A stretch of 64,000 nt of DNA, from the NCBI GenBank assembly GCA_965240325.2, contig OZ251231.1:1426001-1490000 (forward strand). The letters are read 5' to 3'. Shown piece by piece: positions 31,431 through 44,421 of the stretch; the first letter of the stretch is position 1, and each line of letters starts with the position of its first letter. Source of the DNA: Rebecca billardiae RCC1528. Lineage: Eukaryota; Protista; Haptophyta. The position numbers and the translations under genes are program-made. The notes under the pieces are model-generated. The model did no database searches, was not told where the DNA came from, and saw only the letters and a program-made list of their open reading frames with translations.

Positions 31431-34400
31431 CTGCCGCCGCCGCCGCCAGCCTCCCACAGCGACGCGGGCAGCGCGAGCGCGCCGCCGCCGCCCGCGCCGT
31501 CGAGCGTCGCGTTGGCCGCGAGCGCCGCCGCCGTGCGCCGCGCCACGCTCACGTTGACGCGCGCCGACACCGCCTCGGCGGGCAGCTCGCCCGGGACGGC
31601 GCCGGCGAGCAGCGCGAGCGCCAGGCCCGACGCCGCCTCGAGCGCCGCGCCGCCCAGCGCCACCGCCTCCTCCGCCGTGAGCGCACCGCCGGCGGCGGGC
31701 GCGCCGAGCGCGCTGTCAACAGAGCTGAGCAGCGCGCTCGCCGCCCCGCCGTCGACGCCGCCGGCCGCCGCGGCCGCGCTCGCGAGCGCGGCCACGTGCG
31801 CGAGCCCAGCGGCGCGCGTGGGCGCGTCGAGCGGGACGGGCACGCTCAGCGCGGCCGCGAGCGCCGCCGCCGACTGCGCGCGCGCCTCGGCGGTGGGCGG
31901 CGCGACCGCCGCGCCCTCGGCCGCGTTGAGCCGCACAATGCCCGCCACGAGCGCGCTGCCGTTGCCGCGCGCGCCACCCGGCTCGGCGAGCGCGTGCGCG
32001 AGCCCGTCGAGCAGCTGCATCGCCTCCGCGTGGTCCGAGCGCTCGAGCGCGGAGCGCGCGCGGCCGAGCGCGTCCGCGGGGCCGTCCGCGCTCCCGTCGT
32101 CGTCGGGTGGCTCGACGGTGACGAGCACGGCGGGCGCGCTCGCGCGCGCGCCCACCGCGTCCTCGACGGCCAGCTGCAGCGCGCGCGGCCCCGCCGGCAG
32201 CAGCGCGGACGCGAGCGGCGACGGGCCCGCCACGCCGAGCGGCACGGCCGTCGGCTCGGCCGCGCCGCCCGCGCCGCCGCCGTCCGCGCGGCGCTGGGCG
32301 AACGCGTAGCTCAGCGGCAGCTCGTCAGAGCGCCAGCCCGCCGCCTGCACGCGGAAGCGAGTGCGCAGCGCGACGCCGCCCGCGCTCGGCGCGGCGCTGA
32401 GCGCGCCGCCGTACGGCGGCCGGCTGATCGGCACGACGATGGACGCGCGCGCAACCTGCTGCTGCGCCGCCGAGCCGCCGCCGCCGCCGCCGCCGCCGCC
32501 CGCCGCGTGCACACTCAGCTCGAACGCGTACGTCGCGCCGGGCAGCAGCGCGCCCGAGCGGAAGGCGAGCGTGTGCCCCGCGCCGCCGGTCGTGGTGACG
32601 GCGGCCGTGTCGTCCAGGTCGAGGCCCGCGTCCTCCGGGGCGCCGCCCGCGCCGACGAGGAGCGCGCGCCAGCGCAGCGCGTACGATGCCGCGCCGCTCG
32701 CCCGGCGCGCGGCGGACTCGGCGTCGAGTGCGGTGGCGAGGGCAAGCCGCGCGCTCGGCGCGGACCAGCGCGCGCTGTACGCCGCGCGGCCGAGCGGGGC
32801 GAAGGTGATCGTCGGGATGGGCGCGGCGACGAGCGTCAGCCGCACCGACGCGCTCGCGCCCTGCGGCAGCTCTCTTGCCGCCGCGCTCGGCGGCGCGGCT
32901 GCCGGCTGCGCCGCGCTCACTGCGAGGAACACCTCGTACTCGCCCGCGGCCAGCGCGCCCGGCGGCAGCAGCAGCACGGAGGCGTTGGTCGGCACGGCCG
33001 GGGCCAGCGGCTCGGCGGCGGGCGCGGAGCCGTTCGCCCCGCCGCCGCGTCCCTCCGCGCCCACCGCCACCACGCGCCACGCAAACCGCAGCCCCTCCGC
33101 CGAGCCCGTGTTCGGGTCGAGCGTCGCGGACGCGTCCAGCCGGACGGGCCGCTCGGCGGCCATGCTGCGGTCGCCGCCGGCGATGGTCGCGCGCAGCGGC
33201 AGCTGCTCGACGAGCACGCGCACGCGCGCGCTCGCCGCTGCGCCGCCGTCCGCCGCCATCCTCGCCACGACCTGCACCTCGTACGTGTGCAGCGGCGACA
33301 GGCTGAACGGCGGCAGCAGCAGCGTCGCCGCGGACGCGGAGGCGCCGTCCAGAGCTGCCGGCCGCGCGACGCCGCCGTCCGCGGGCTCGGCGCTGCCGGT
33401 GCGCGTGACGCCGAGCAGCGACCAGCTGAAGAGCACGCGCGCGTCCGCGCGCGCCCAGCAGCCCGCAACCGCCGCCGCCGCGCTGAGCAGCGTCGGCGCC
33501 TCGGCGCGCGCCACCCGGAGCGCGGGGCCGTCGACCGCGACCGTCGGCGCGCCTTGGGCGGCCGCGCGCCACACCGTGTGTGCTGCCGGCTCGGAGAGCG
33601 AGCCGAGCATCGCCGAGCGCACGCGGAGCGCGAAGGTGAGCGCGCTCGCGCGCGGCGCGAGCGCGCCCAGCGCGGGCAGCTCGAGCGCCACGCCGCGCTC
33701 CGCGCGCAGCCGCGCGTTCAGAGCCGCCGCCTCGGCCTCGGACACGCCGGCCGATCGGCTGCGGTCGAGCGCCCACTCGTAGGCCAGACCCGCCGCGCCG
33801 CCGCCGGCCGAGGCGGAGCCGTCGAGCCGGAGCGTGGCGTCGGGGCAGCGCGAGAGCGTGTCGGGGCCCGAGAGCGCGGCGAGCGGCGTCGGGCACGCCA
33901 CGCCCACGCCGCACGGCGCGTCCGCGTCGATGGTGGCGGCGCCGGCCGCCGCGAGCGCGGACGGGTCGCACGGCGGCGCGCAGACCGAGGCCGCCGGGTG
34001 CACCGCGCCCGCGCGCAGCGCCAGCGCCGAGCCCGGGCGCACGGCGGTGCCCACGCCGAGCTGCACGACCAGCGTCGACGCCGAGGGCCAGTAGCACGCC
34101 GGCTCCGCGCCGCTCGTCCGGTTGGGCCCGCCGACGAGCTCGAGCGTACCGTCGTCGAGCGCGCGCGCGCACGCGCCGAGCGCGCCGCCCATGCCCGCGC
34201 GGTCGGTCGGCTGCGCGTCGAAGCGCAGCACGACGGACGTGGCGCTGCCGTCGAGGGACGCGGACTCGAGTCGCGGCGCGTGCGCGCCGATGAACGCAAA
34301 CGTCACGCCCGGCGCGCCCGCCCCCGCCCCCTCCGACGGCGCGGGCTCGAACTGCTGCCCGTTGAGCGACACGCGCACCGCCGCGGGCGCGCCGCCCGCC

Positions 34401-37400
34401 ACGCCGCCGCCCGCCGAGCGCACCTGCACGAGCGAGTCGGTGGCGTTGGCGGGCGGCGGCGCGAGCGCGTCGCCAAACGCCACGCGGAGGAGCCCGCCGA
34501 GGCCCGCGGCGTGCAGCGCGCCCAGGCCCTCGCCCTCGATCACCGTCGGCTCGCCCGCGCCGCCCTGCGCGGGGCGGATCGAGAGCAGCCGCGGCGGCGC
34601 GTAGTAGCGGAATTGCATGCCGTCGGCGGTGGTCGTGTGCGCCGTGCCGTTGCCGAGCGAGAGCTCGAGCGCGACGGCGGCCACGCCGCCGAGCGCGGGC
34701 GCGGGCTCGGAGGCGGGCAGCGGCGGCAGCGTGCAGCGCGCGCGCGTGCTGCCGCCCGCGCCGGCGGGCAGCATGCTCGCGCGCGCCGCGCAGCCGCCGC
34801 CGCCGAGAACGCCACCTCCGCCGCGCAGCACGCAGCACAGCTGGCCCTCGCCGTACTCGGCAAAGCCCGAGCCCTCGAGCGTCACCACCGTGCCGCCGCC
34901 CACCGGGCCCGCGGGCGGGTGCAGCGCGCGCACGCCCACCGCGCCCATCTCGTACAGCCAGATTGCAATCTCGTCGTCGAAGAGCGGCGGCGCGGCGTAC
35001 GCGCCGCCGTCCAGGCGCAGGCTGACCACATAGCGGCCGGCGGGCAGCGCGGACCCGTCGGCCGCGGCGGAGGGCACCGCGCACGCCACGGCGTGCGGGC
35101 TCAGCACGACGGCGGGCGTGCTCGCCTCCGCGCCCGCGCCGCCCGCGCGCGAGAAGGCACACGCCGCGGGCCCGACGTCACCGCCACCGCCGCCACCGTC
35201 CCCGCCGCCGCCCGCCGGGCCGACGAACCCAGCGCCTCGCAGCGTCAGGACGGAGGCCGAGCCGAGCGGCGCGCCGAGCGGCTCGCTGCCGTGCACGACG
35301 GCGCGGATGGCGGGCGGCGGAGGCGCCACGGGCGGCGGCGAGCTCGGCGGGCTGGGTGGTGGGAACGGGAGCTCGCGCGGCGGCGGCGGAGGCGACGGCG
35401 GGCTGGGCGGAGGAGGTGGAGGCGGCGGCTGGCGTGGCGGCTGGCGCGGCGGCGGTGACGGCGGCGGCGGCGGCGATGGCGGTGGGCTCGGCGGCGGCGC
35501 GGGCGCCACCAGGGGTGGCGGTGCGGCGGACTGAAGTGCTGGCGGCGGCGATGGCGGCGGGAATGGCGGCGAGTGCGGCGAGTGCGGCGGCGCCGGTGGC
35601 GAGCCTGGAGGCGGCGAGGGCGCCGCCGTCAGCACCAGCCCGGCGATGCCGAGCACCGAGCCCACGCTCGACTGCAGCTGCGAGCTCAGCTCGGAGACGG
35701 CGGTGTCGGAGCCGAGCACGCCCAGCACGCGCGGGGCGTCCGCCGCCTCCTCCGCGTCGAACTCGACGGAGAAGTCGAAGACGACGCTGCCCGCCGCGTA
35801 CCCGCCGATGCGCACGCGCGAGGGGTGCACGCCACCCACGCTCGCGAGCGCGCCCGCCACCGCCGCCTCTGTCGCGCCGTCGACCGCGCCCACGTCCACG
35901 TCCGCCGTGAGCTCGCCCTGCAGGAGCAGAGGCTGGGCAGCGGGCGGCGGTGGCGAGGGCGGCGGCGAAGGCGAGGGCGAGGGCGAGGGCGGGGAGCGAG
36001 GAGGTGGCAAGCTCGGTGGACGCCTCGGCGGAGGGAACGGTGGCACTGACGGCGGCGGGCTCGGCGGCGGGAATGGTGGCGGGACCACAGGGGGAGACGG
36101 CGGTGGCGAAGGCGGCGGGCCCGGCGGTGGGCTCGGAGGTGGGCTTGGCGGCAAGCTCGGTGGTTGCGAAGGCGGCGGGCTCGGCGGTGCGCCGATGGGC
36201 GGTGCGCTCGGTGGCGGGCTTGGTGGCGGGCTCGGAGGCGGGCTCGGTGGCGGGCTCGGTGGCGGGCTCGGTGGCGGGCTCGGTGGCGGGCTCGGTGGCG
36301 GGCTCGGTGGCGGGCTTGGTGGTGGGCTCGGTGGCGGGATTGGCGGCAAGCGCGGTGGTGGCGAAGGCGGCGGGCTCGGCGGTGCGCCGATGGGCGGTGC
36401 GCTCGGTGGCGGGCTTGGTGGCGGGCTCGGTGGCGGGCTCGGTGGCGGGCTCGGTGGCGGGCTCGGTGGCGGGCTCGGTGGCGGGCGCGGTGACGGGCTC
36501 GGTGGTGGACTTGGTGGTGGGCTCGGTGGCGGGATTGGCGGCAAGCGCGGTGGTGACGAAGGCGGCGGGCTCGGCAGTGCGCCGATGGGCGGTGGCGACG
36601 GCGGTGGGCTTGGTGGCAGGATTGGCGGCAGGCTCGGTGGTGGGCTCGGTGGCGAGCTTGGCGGCGGGCTCAGTGGTGGGCTCGGTGGTAGAGTCGGCGG
36701 CGGGCTTGGCGGCAAGCTCGGTGGTGGCGAAGGCGGTGGGCTCGGCAGTGCGGCGATGGGCGGTGGCGACGGCGGTGGGCTTGGTGGCGGGCTCTGAAGG
36801 GGTGACGGTGGAGGCGATGGTGGCGGGCTCGGCGGTGGCGGGCCCGGGGGCGGTGATGGCGGCGGCAATGGTGGCGGGCTCGGTGGTGGTGTCGGCGGTA
36901 GTGGGCTCGGTGGCGGTGACGGAGGCGGGCTCGGTGGTGGGCTCGGTGGCACGCTCGGCGGCACTCTCGGTGGCGGCGACGGCGGAGGCGACGGTGGCGG
37001 GCTCAGCGGTGGCGGGCCCGGGGGCGGTGATGGCGGGGGCGATGGTGGCGGGCGCGGCGGTGGTGTCGGCGGTGGTGGGCTTGGTGGCGGTGACGGAGGC
37101 GGGCTCGGTAGTGGGCTTGGTGGCACGCTCGGTGGCGGCGACGGCGGAGGCGACGGTGGTGGGCTCGGCGGTGGCGGGCCCGGGGGCGGTGATGGCGGCG
37201 GCGATGGTGGCGGGCTCGGTGGTGGTATCGGCGGTGGTGGGCTTGGTGGCGGTGACGGAGGCGGGCTCGGTGGTGGGCTCGGTGGTGGGCTCGGCGGCAC
37301 GCTCGGTGGCGGCGACGGCGGAGGCGACGGTGGCGGGCTCGGCGGTGGCGGGCCCGGGGGCGGTGATGGCGGCGGCAATGGTGGCGGGCTCGGTGGTGGT

Positions 37401-40400
37401 GACAGCGGTGGTGGGCTCGGCGGCGGTGACGGAGGCGGGCTCGGTGGTGGGCTCGGTGGTGGGCTCGGCTGCACGCTCGGTGGCGGCGACGGCGGAGGCG
37501 ACGGTGGCTGGCTCGGTGGTGGCTGGCCCGGGGGCGGTGATGGCGCGGGGAATGGTGGCGGGCTCGGTGGTGGTGTTGGCGGTGGTGGGCTCGGCGGCGG
37601 TGACGGAGGCGGGCTTGGTGGTGGGCTCGGTGGCACGCTCGGCGGCACTCTCGGTGGCGGTGACGGCGGAGGCGACGGTGGCGGGCTCGGCGGTGGCGGG
37701 CCCGGGGGCGGTGATGGCGGGGGCGATGGTGGCGGGCGCGGCGGTGGTGTCGGCGGTGGTGAGCTTGGCGGCGGTGACGGAGGCGGGCTCGGTGGTGGGC
37801 TCGGTGGCACGCTCGGCGGCACGCTCGGTGGCGGTGACGGCGGAGGCGACGGTGGCGGGCTCGGCGGTGGCGGGCCCGGGGGCGGTGATGGCGGCGGCGA
37901 TGGTGGCGGGCTCGGTGGTGGTGACGGCGGTAGTGGGCTCGGTGGCGGTGACGGAGGCGGACTCGGTGGTGGGCTCGGTGGCACGCTCGGCGGCACGCTC
38001 GGTGGCGGCGACGGCGGAGGCGACGGTGGCGGGCTCGGCGGTGGCGGGCCCGGGGGCGGTGATGGCGGCGGCGATGGTGGCGGGCTCGGTGGTGGTGACG
38101 GCGGTAGTGGGCTCGGTGGCGGTGACGGAGGCGGACTCGGTGGTGGGCTCGGTGGCACGCTCGGCGGCACGCTCGGTGGCGGCGACGGCGGAGGCGACGG
38201 TGGCGGGCTCGGCGGTGGCGGGCCCGGGGGCGGTGATGGCGGCGGCGATGGTGGCGGGCTCGGTGGTGGTGTGGGTGGTGGTGGGATCGGTGGCGGTGAC
38301 GGAGGCGGACTCGGTGGTGGGCTCGGTGGCACGCTCGGTGGCACGCTCGGTGGCGGCGACGGCGGAGGCGATGGTGGCGGGCTCGGTGGTGGCGGGCCCG
38401 GGGGCGGTGATGGCGGCGGCGATGGTGGCGGGCTCGGTGGTGGTGTCGGCGGTAGTGGGCTCGGTGGCGGTGACGGAGGCGGGCTCGGTGGTGGGCTCGG
38501 TGGCACGCTCGGCGGCACTCTCGGTGGCGGCGACGGCGGAGGCGACGGTGGCGGGCTCGGCGGTGGCGGGCCCGGGGGCGGTGATGGCGGGGGCGATGGT
38601 GGCGGGCGCGGCGGTGGTGTCGGCGGTGGTGAGCTTGGCGGCGGTGACGGTGACGGAGGCGGACTCGGTGGTGGGCTCGGTGGCACGCTCGGCGGCACGC
38701 TCGGTGGCGGTGACGGCGGAGGCGACGGTGGCGGGCTCGGCGGTGGCGGGCCCGGGGGCGGTGATGGCGGCGGCGATGGTGGCGGGCTCGGTGGTGGTGA
38801 CGGCGGTAGTGGGCTCGGTGGCGGTGACGGAGGCGGACTCGGTGGTGGGCTCGGTGGCACGCTCGGCGGCACGCTCGGTGGCGGCGACGGCGGAGGCGAC
38901 GGTGGCGGGCTCGGCGGTGGCGGGCCCGGGGGCGGTGATGGCGGCGGCGATGGTGGCGGGCTCGGTGGTGGTGACGGCGGTGGTGAGCTTGGTGGCGGTG
39001 ACGGAGGCGGGCTCGGTGGTGGGCTCGGTGGTGGGCTCGGTGGCACGCTCGGTGGCGGCGACGGCGGAGGCGACGGTGGCGGGCTCGGTGGCGGCGACGG
39101 CGGTGGCGACGGTGGCGGGCTCGGCGGTGGCGGGCCCGGGGGCGGTGATGGCAACGGCGATGGTGGCGGGCTCGGTGGTGGTGACGGCGGTGGTGAGCTT
39201 GGCGGCGGTGACGGAGGCGGGCTCGGTGGTGGGCTCGGTGGTGGGCTCGGTGGCACGCTCGGTGGCGGCGACGGCAGAGGCGACGGTGGCGGGCTTGGCG
39301 GTGGCGGGCCCGGGGGCGGTGATGGCGCGGGGGATGGTGGCGGGCTCGGTGGTGGTGACGGCGGTGGTGAGCTTGGCGGCGGTGACGGAGGCGGGCTCGG
39401 TGGTGGGCTCGGTGGTGGGCTCGGTGGCACGCTCGGTGGCGGTGACGGCGGTGGGCTTGGTGGCGGGCTCGGCGGTGGCGGGCCCGGGGGCAGTGATGGC
39501 GGCGGCAATGGTGGCGGGCTTGGTGGTGGTGTCGGCGGTGGTGAGCTTGGCGGCGGTGACGGAGGCGGGCTCGGTGGTGGGCTCGGTGGTGGGCTCGGTG
39601 GCACGCTCGGTGGCGGTGACGGCGGTGGGCTTGGTGGCGGGCTCGGCGGTGGCGGGCCCGGGGGCGGTGATGGCGGCGGCAATGGTGGCGGGCATGGTGG
39701 TGGTGACGGCGGTGGTGGGCTCGGCGGCGGTGATGGAGGCGGACGCGGCGGTGGGCTCGGTGGTGGGCTCGGTGGCACGCTCGGTGGCGGCGACGGCAGA
39801 GGCGACGGTGGCGGGCTTGGCGGTGGCGGGCCCGGGGGCGGTGATGGCGCGGGGGATGGTGGCGGGCTCGGTGGTGGTGACGGCGGTGGTGAGCTTGGCG
39901 GCGGTGACGGAGGCGGGCTCGGTGGTGGGCTCGGTGGTGGGCTCGGTGGCACGCTCGGTGGCGGTGACGGCGGTGGGCTTGGTGGCGGGCTCGGCGGTGG
40001 CGGGCCCGGGGGCGGTGATGGCGGCGGCAATGGTGGCGGGCTTGGTGGTGGTGTCGGCGGTGGTGAGCTTGGCGGCGGTGACGGAGGCGGGCTCGGTGGT
40101 GGGCTCGGTGGTGGGCTCGGTGGCACGCTCGGTGGCGGTGACGGCGGTGGCGACGGTGGCGGGCTCGGCGGTGGCGGGCCCGGGGGCGGTGATGGCGGCG
40201 GCGATGGTGGCGGGCGCGGTGGTGGTGACGGCGGTGGTGAGCTTGGCGGCGGTGACGGAGGCGGGCTCGGTGGTGGGCTCGGTGGTGGGCTCGGTGGCAC
40301 GCTCGGTGGCGGCGACGGCGGTGGGCTTGGTGGTGGGCTCGGAAGAGGTGACGGCGGAGGCGATGGTGGCGGCGGCGATGGTGGCGGGCTCGGTGGTGGT

Positions 40401-43400
40401 GACGGCGGTGGTGAGCTTGGCGGCGGTGACGGAGGCGGGCTCGGTGATGGGCTCGGTGGTGGGCTCGGTGGCACGCTCGGTGGCGGTGACGGCGGTGGGC
40501 TTGGTGGCGGGCTCGGCGGTGGCGGGCCCGGGGGCGGTGATGGCGGCGGCGATGGTGGCGGGCTCGGTGGTGGTGTCGGCGGTGGTGAGCTTGGCGGCGG
40601 TGACGGAGGCGGGCTCGGTGGTGGGCTCGGTGGTGGGCTCGGTGGCACGCTCGGTGGCGGCGACGGCAGAGGCGACGGTGGCGGGCTTGGCGGTGGCGGG
40701 CCCGGGGGCGGTGATGGCGCGGGGGATGGTGGCGGGCTCGGTGGTGGTGACGGCGGTGGTGAGCTTGGCGGCGGTGACGGAGGCGGGCTCGGTGGTGGGC
40801 TCGGTGGTGGGCTCGGTGGCACGCTCGGTGGCGGTGACGGCGGTGGCGACGGTGGCGGGCTCGGCGGTGGCGGGCCCGGGGGCGATGATGGCGGCGGCGA
40901 TGGTGGCGGGCTCGGTGGTGGTGACGGCGGTGGTGAGCTTGGCGGCGGTGACGGAGGCGGGCTCGGTGGTGGGCTCAGTGATGGGCTCGGTGGCACGCTC
41001 GGTGGCGGTGACGGCGGTGGCGACGGTGGCGGGCTCGGCGGTGGCGGGCCCGGGGGCGGTGATGGCGGCGGCGATGGTGGCGGGCTCGGTGGTGGTGACG
41101 GCGGTGGTGAGCTTGGCGGCGGTGACGGAGGCGGGCTCGGTGGTGGGCTCGGTGGTGGGCTCGGTGGCACGCTCGGTGGCGGCGACGGCGGTGGGCTTGG
41201 TGGTGGGCTCGGAAGAGGTGACGGCGGAGGCGATGGTGGCGGGCTTGGCGGTGGCGGGCCCGGGGGCGGTGATGGCAGGGGCAATGGTGGCGGGCGTGGC
41301 GGTGGTGTCGGTGGTGGTGGGCTTGGTGGCGCGCTCGGTGGCGGCGACGGTGGTGGGCTTGCTGGCGGGCTCGGAAGAGGTGACGGCGGAGGCGATGGTG
41401 GCGGGCTCGGCGGTGGCGGGCCCGGGGGCGGTGATGGCGGCGGCGATGGTGGCGGGCTCGGCGGTGGTGACGGCGGTGGTGGGCTCGGCGGCGGTGATGG
41501 AGGCGGACGCGGCGGTGGGCTCGGTGGTGGGCTCGGCGGCGGCGGGCTCGGCGGTGGGCTCGGTGGCATGCTTGGTGGCGGCGACGGCGGAAGCGATGGT
41601 GGCGGGTTCGGTGGTGGGCTCGGTGGCACGCTCGGTGGCGGTGACGGCGGTGGGCTTGGTGGCGGGGGTGACGGCGGAGGCGGTGGTGGCGGCGATGGCG
41701 GTGGCGGCTGAGGCGGCAGGCTCGGCGGTGGACGTGGCGGCGGCGATGGTGGGGGCGAGGGTGGCAGCGAGGGGGCAGGCGGGCTCGGCGGCGGTGAAGG
41801 TGGCGGGCTGGGCGGGTGCGATGGCGGCGGGCTGGGTGGTCGGCTTGGCGGTGGGCTTGGCGGGGGAGAAGGTGATGCGGGTGTTGGTGGCGGCGCAGGC
41901 GGGCTGCGCGGCGGGCTGCGCGGCGGGCTCGGCGGCGGGTTCAGCGGCGGGCTCGGCGGCGGCGCCGGCGGAGGTGGCGGCGGCACGTCGATCGGTGGCA
42001 GCCCGTCGCCCATCGTGGCGCTGTCGAAGCCGCGCGAGTTCAGGTCCCCAAGCCCAAGCTCGCCGAATGCGTTCTTGCCAAAGCTGAGGGTGGAGGGGGG
42101 TCGGCGCGCGACGGCGGCGGTAGGCGGGGTCACGTGCACACACGGCGCAGCGCGGCGGGCGCGCGGTATCGGCGCTGGGGCGAGGACAGGCGCGGCGGCC
42201 ACCGGCCCTGTTGCCGCGGTGGCAAACAGCAGCTGCCACTGCGTCATGCTGGGCTGCATGCGGCCACTGCCGCGCACGGCACTGCGCACGACCGCCGAGG
42301 CCGGGGCACGCGCGGCTCCGCCCCGCGCGCGTGCGCGGCGGAGGCGGGGGCGTGCGCACACCACTTGACCTCCTCCGTGTCGAGCACGGCGCACGAGTAG
42401 TCGTCACCCGTCCCGCCCAGCGTCACAGTCCGGCCGCTGCCCAGCCGCACGGGGAGCAGCGCGTCGCCCAGCTCGCCCGGCGCATCGCCGCGGCTCTTCG
42501 TGTCACCCGCGCCGTTCGCGCCGCTGTTCGCACCCTTGCCCCAGCTGTGTGGCACGGGGCAGGGCGCGCGCCGCGGCACGCGTCGGCGCGGGCGCGCACA
42601 GCCACGGTTCGGTCCTGCGGGCGTGTGTCGCTTCGCGGCGCGTGCAGGGGCGGCGCGCGCGCGGAGGCGCACCACTTCAGCTGCTGCTGCGGGCTCGTGA
42701 TGGCGCACGAGATGTCGCTCCCCAGCTGGAGCGACGCGGGCTCGACGCCTGCGCCCAGGTTGAAGGACACTGCGAGCGCCGAGTCAATGATGTTGCTTGT
42801 GCCCCCGCTGCCCAGCTGGCCCGAGCCGCCCAGCCCCCAGCAGTTGATCAGCCCGCCATCCAGCCGCACGCACGAGTGCTCGAACCCCACCGCCACCTCG
42901 AGCGCAGCGGCCCCGCCCAGGTCGACAAATGCCAGCGCGTCGCCCATCTCCCCAGGATGGTCCCCCTTGTCGTCGATGGTGCCGTCGCCCAGCTGGCCTT
43001 GGTTGTTGCGGCCCCAGCTGCGGCCGCAGGGGCATGCGCCAGGGGCGCGGCGCACACGCTCAGCGGGTGCGCGCGCCCACACACTTGCGCAGCGCTCCGG
43101 ACGCACGCGCGGGGCACCGGATCGTCCGGAGCGCGCTCTCGCGCCCGCGCTCGCGTGGGCACCGGCGGGGGGCGGGCCGGGGCGTGCGCGGTGCGCGCTG
43201 TGCGGTGTGCGCGGCCGCACCATTTAACGGTGCCGCCGATGAAGAGCACGCAGCCATGCGCGCCGAGGTGCACGTCCCAGCCGGACACTTCGAGTCCGGT
43301 TCCAAAGTCGAGGTGCGCGCCGAGCGTGGACACGTGGTCCGTGCTGCCCGTGCCCAGCGCGCCCTGGTCCCCGCGGCCGCAGCAGTGCACACCCACCGCG

Positions 43401-44162
43401 CCGCTGAGCTCAGACTGCACGCACGTGAAGTGCCGCCCCAGCTTGACCGCCTGTGGCGTCGCGCCCCCGAGGTCCGCGGCGAGGAGCGTGTCGCCCATCG
43501 CGCGGCCGGAGCCATCGCCGGTATAGACCGTGTCGCCGGTGCCGTGCTGCCCGAACTGGTTGTTCCCCCAGCTGCGACCGGCGGCGCGCGGCAAACGGCA
43601 CGCGCGCACGGGTGAGGCTCTTGCGCTTAGCGTGAGACGGGGCACACGCGTGCGGAGCGGGGAGCGCGGCGCGTGCGCGCGGCGGTGGGGCGCGCACCAT
43701 CGCACGCTCGCGTCCGAGAGCACCGCGCACGAGTGGATCCGCCCCGTGTCCACATCCACCGCCGTGAGGCCGGCGGGGAGCGCCACGTACGGCAGGCTGA
43801 GCCCAAGCTCGCCCGGCTGGTCGCCGCGAGTCTCGGTGTCGTCGTAGCCGAGCTGGCCGGAGTCGCCGCGGCCCCAGCTGCGCGTGGCGCCCGCCGCACA
43901 CCGCGCGGTGACGCCCGCCACCTCAGCGCGCAGCGCGCGCGGGGAGTGCGATCCACGGGTGCGGCGCTAACGCGCATGAGAGGTTGGGCGGCGCCGCGCC
44001 GCACCATTTGATCGCGCCGTTGGCATAGATCATGCAGGCGTGTTGGTGGCCCGTGGCGATCGAGGCCACGGTGCCCGCACTACCCCAGCCGATGAGCGCC
44101 CCCGGATGCAGCGCCGGGCTCGTCAGCGTGATGAGCACGACCGCCCACGACGCGGCGGGCAT
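27320..44162 (-). CDS. Giant polycystin-1-like receptor 1 (~5,326 aa, 6 exons): signal peptide, 7-blade RCC1-like propeller, ~2,000-aa SPPP stalk, IPT/TIG, REJ, EGF-like, GAIN/GPS, 5 TM, EF-hand pair
   Basis: Exons 44162-44005, 43877-43698, 43571-43221, 43017-42673, 42544-42362 and 42083-27320 splice in frame via GT..CAG. Motifs: RCC1 H.C....G.VKCWG....GQLG; IPT P.AGPVGGGTVVTLEGSGF and VSLNGQQF; REJ LDASATLDP and PPYGG; GPS CHWWD...W...GC...CACTHL/TDF; PKD1-like HTLL...RRVEL and EEP. Confidence 0.88.
35944..41983 (-). repeat. Coding extensin-like (SPPP)n array with a 174-bp higher-order repeat
   Basis: The base unit is 12 bp. The marker ggcccggggg (PPGPP) recurs mostly at 174-bp spacing (36841, 37015, then 37177, 37351, 37525, 37699...) up to about 41420. 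Confidence 0.95.
42084..44004 (-). other. Five phase-2 introns: 43878-44004, 43572-43697, 43018-43220, 42545-42672, 42084-42361
   Basis: Each reads ...TG|GTG(C/T)G...CAG|C TGG/TTT GG, which restores [KR]-C-[WF]-G. Confidence 0.85.
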
Positions 44163-44421
44163 GACGCGAGATGCGAGCTCGCCCGCGGGTGCGCACCAGA
44201 AATAATATGTGGTTTGTGTGGGTCACTCCTATCTAATAATAGCATGTGGCTTGCGACTGATTCTCGCTGATCAACGACGCGGGTACGTCGGCGGCAGTCG
44301 ATCTGTAAGTACCAGGTATTTTGAGTGAACACGTCGTCATATCAATCTGATGCTCGCGCGGCGTAAGCAGAATATATCCGCCATAATAATCAACCGTACT
44401 GATGCCGTTGCCCGTTGGGTG

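Noticed and set aside
42084-42394. Track start of the 5024-aa ORF at 42394
   Set aside because: Its first ~100 codons lie mostly in predicted intron 5. The true start is inferred at 44162.
35178-42407. Very long alternative-frame ORFs (2409 aa TEPAT-rich on -, 2045 aa VAGS-rich and 1146 aa Gly-rich on +)
   Set aside because: These are shadow frames of the 12-bp SPPP repeat. Only the Pro frame connects to the RCC1 exons and the REJ/GPS domains.
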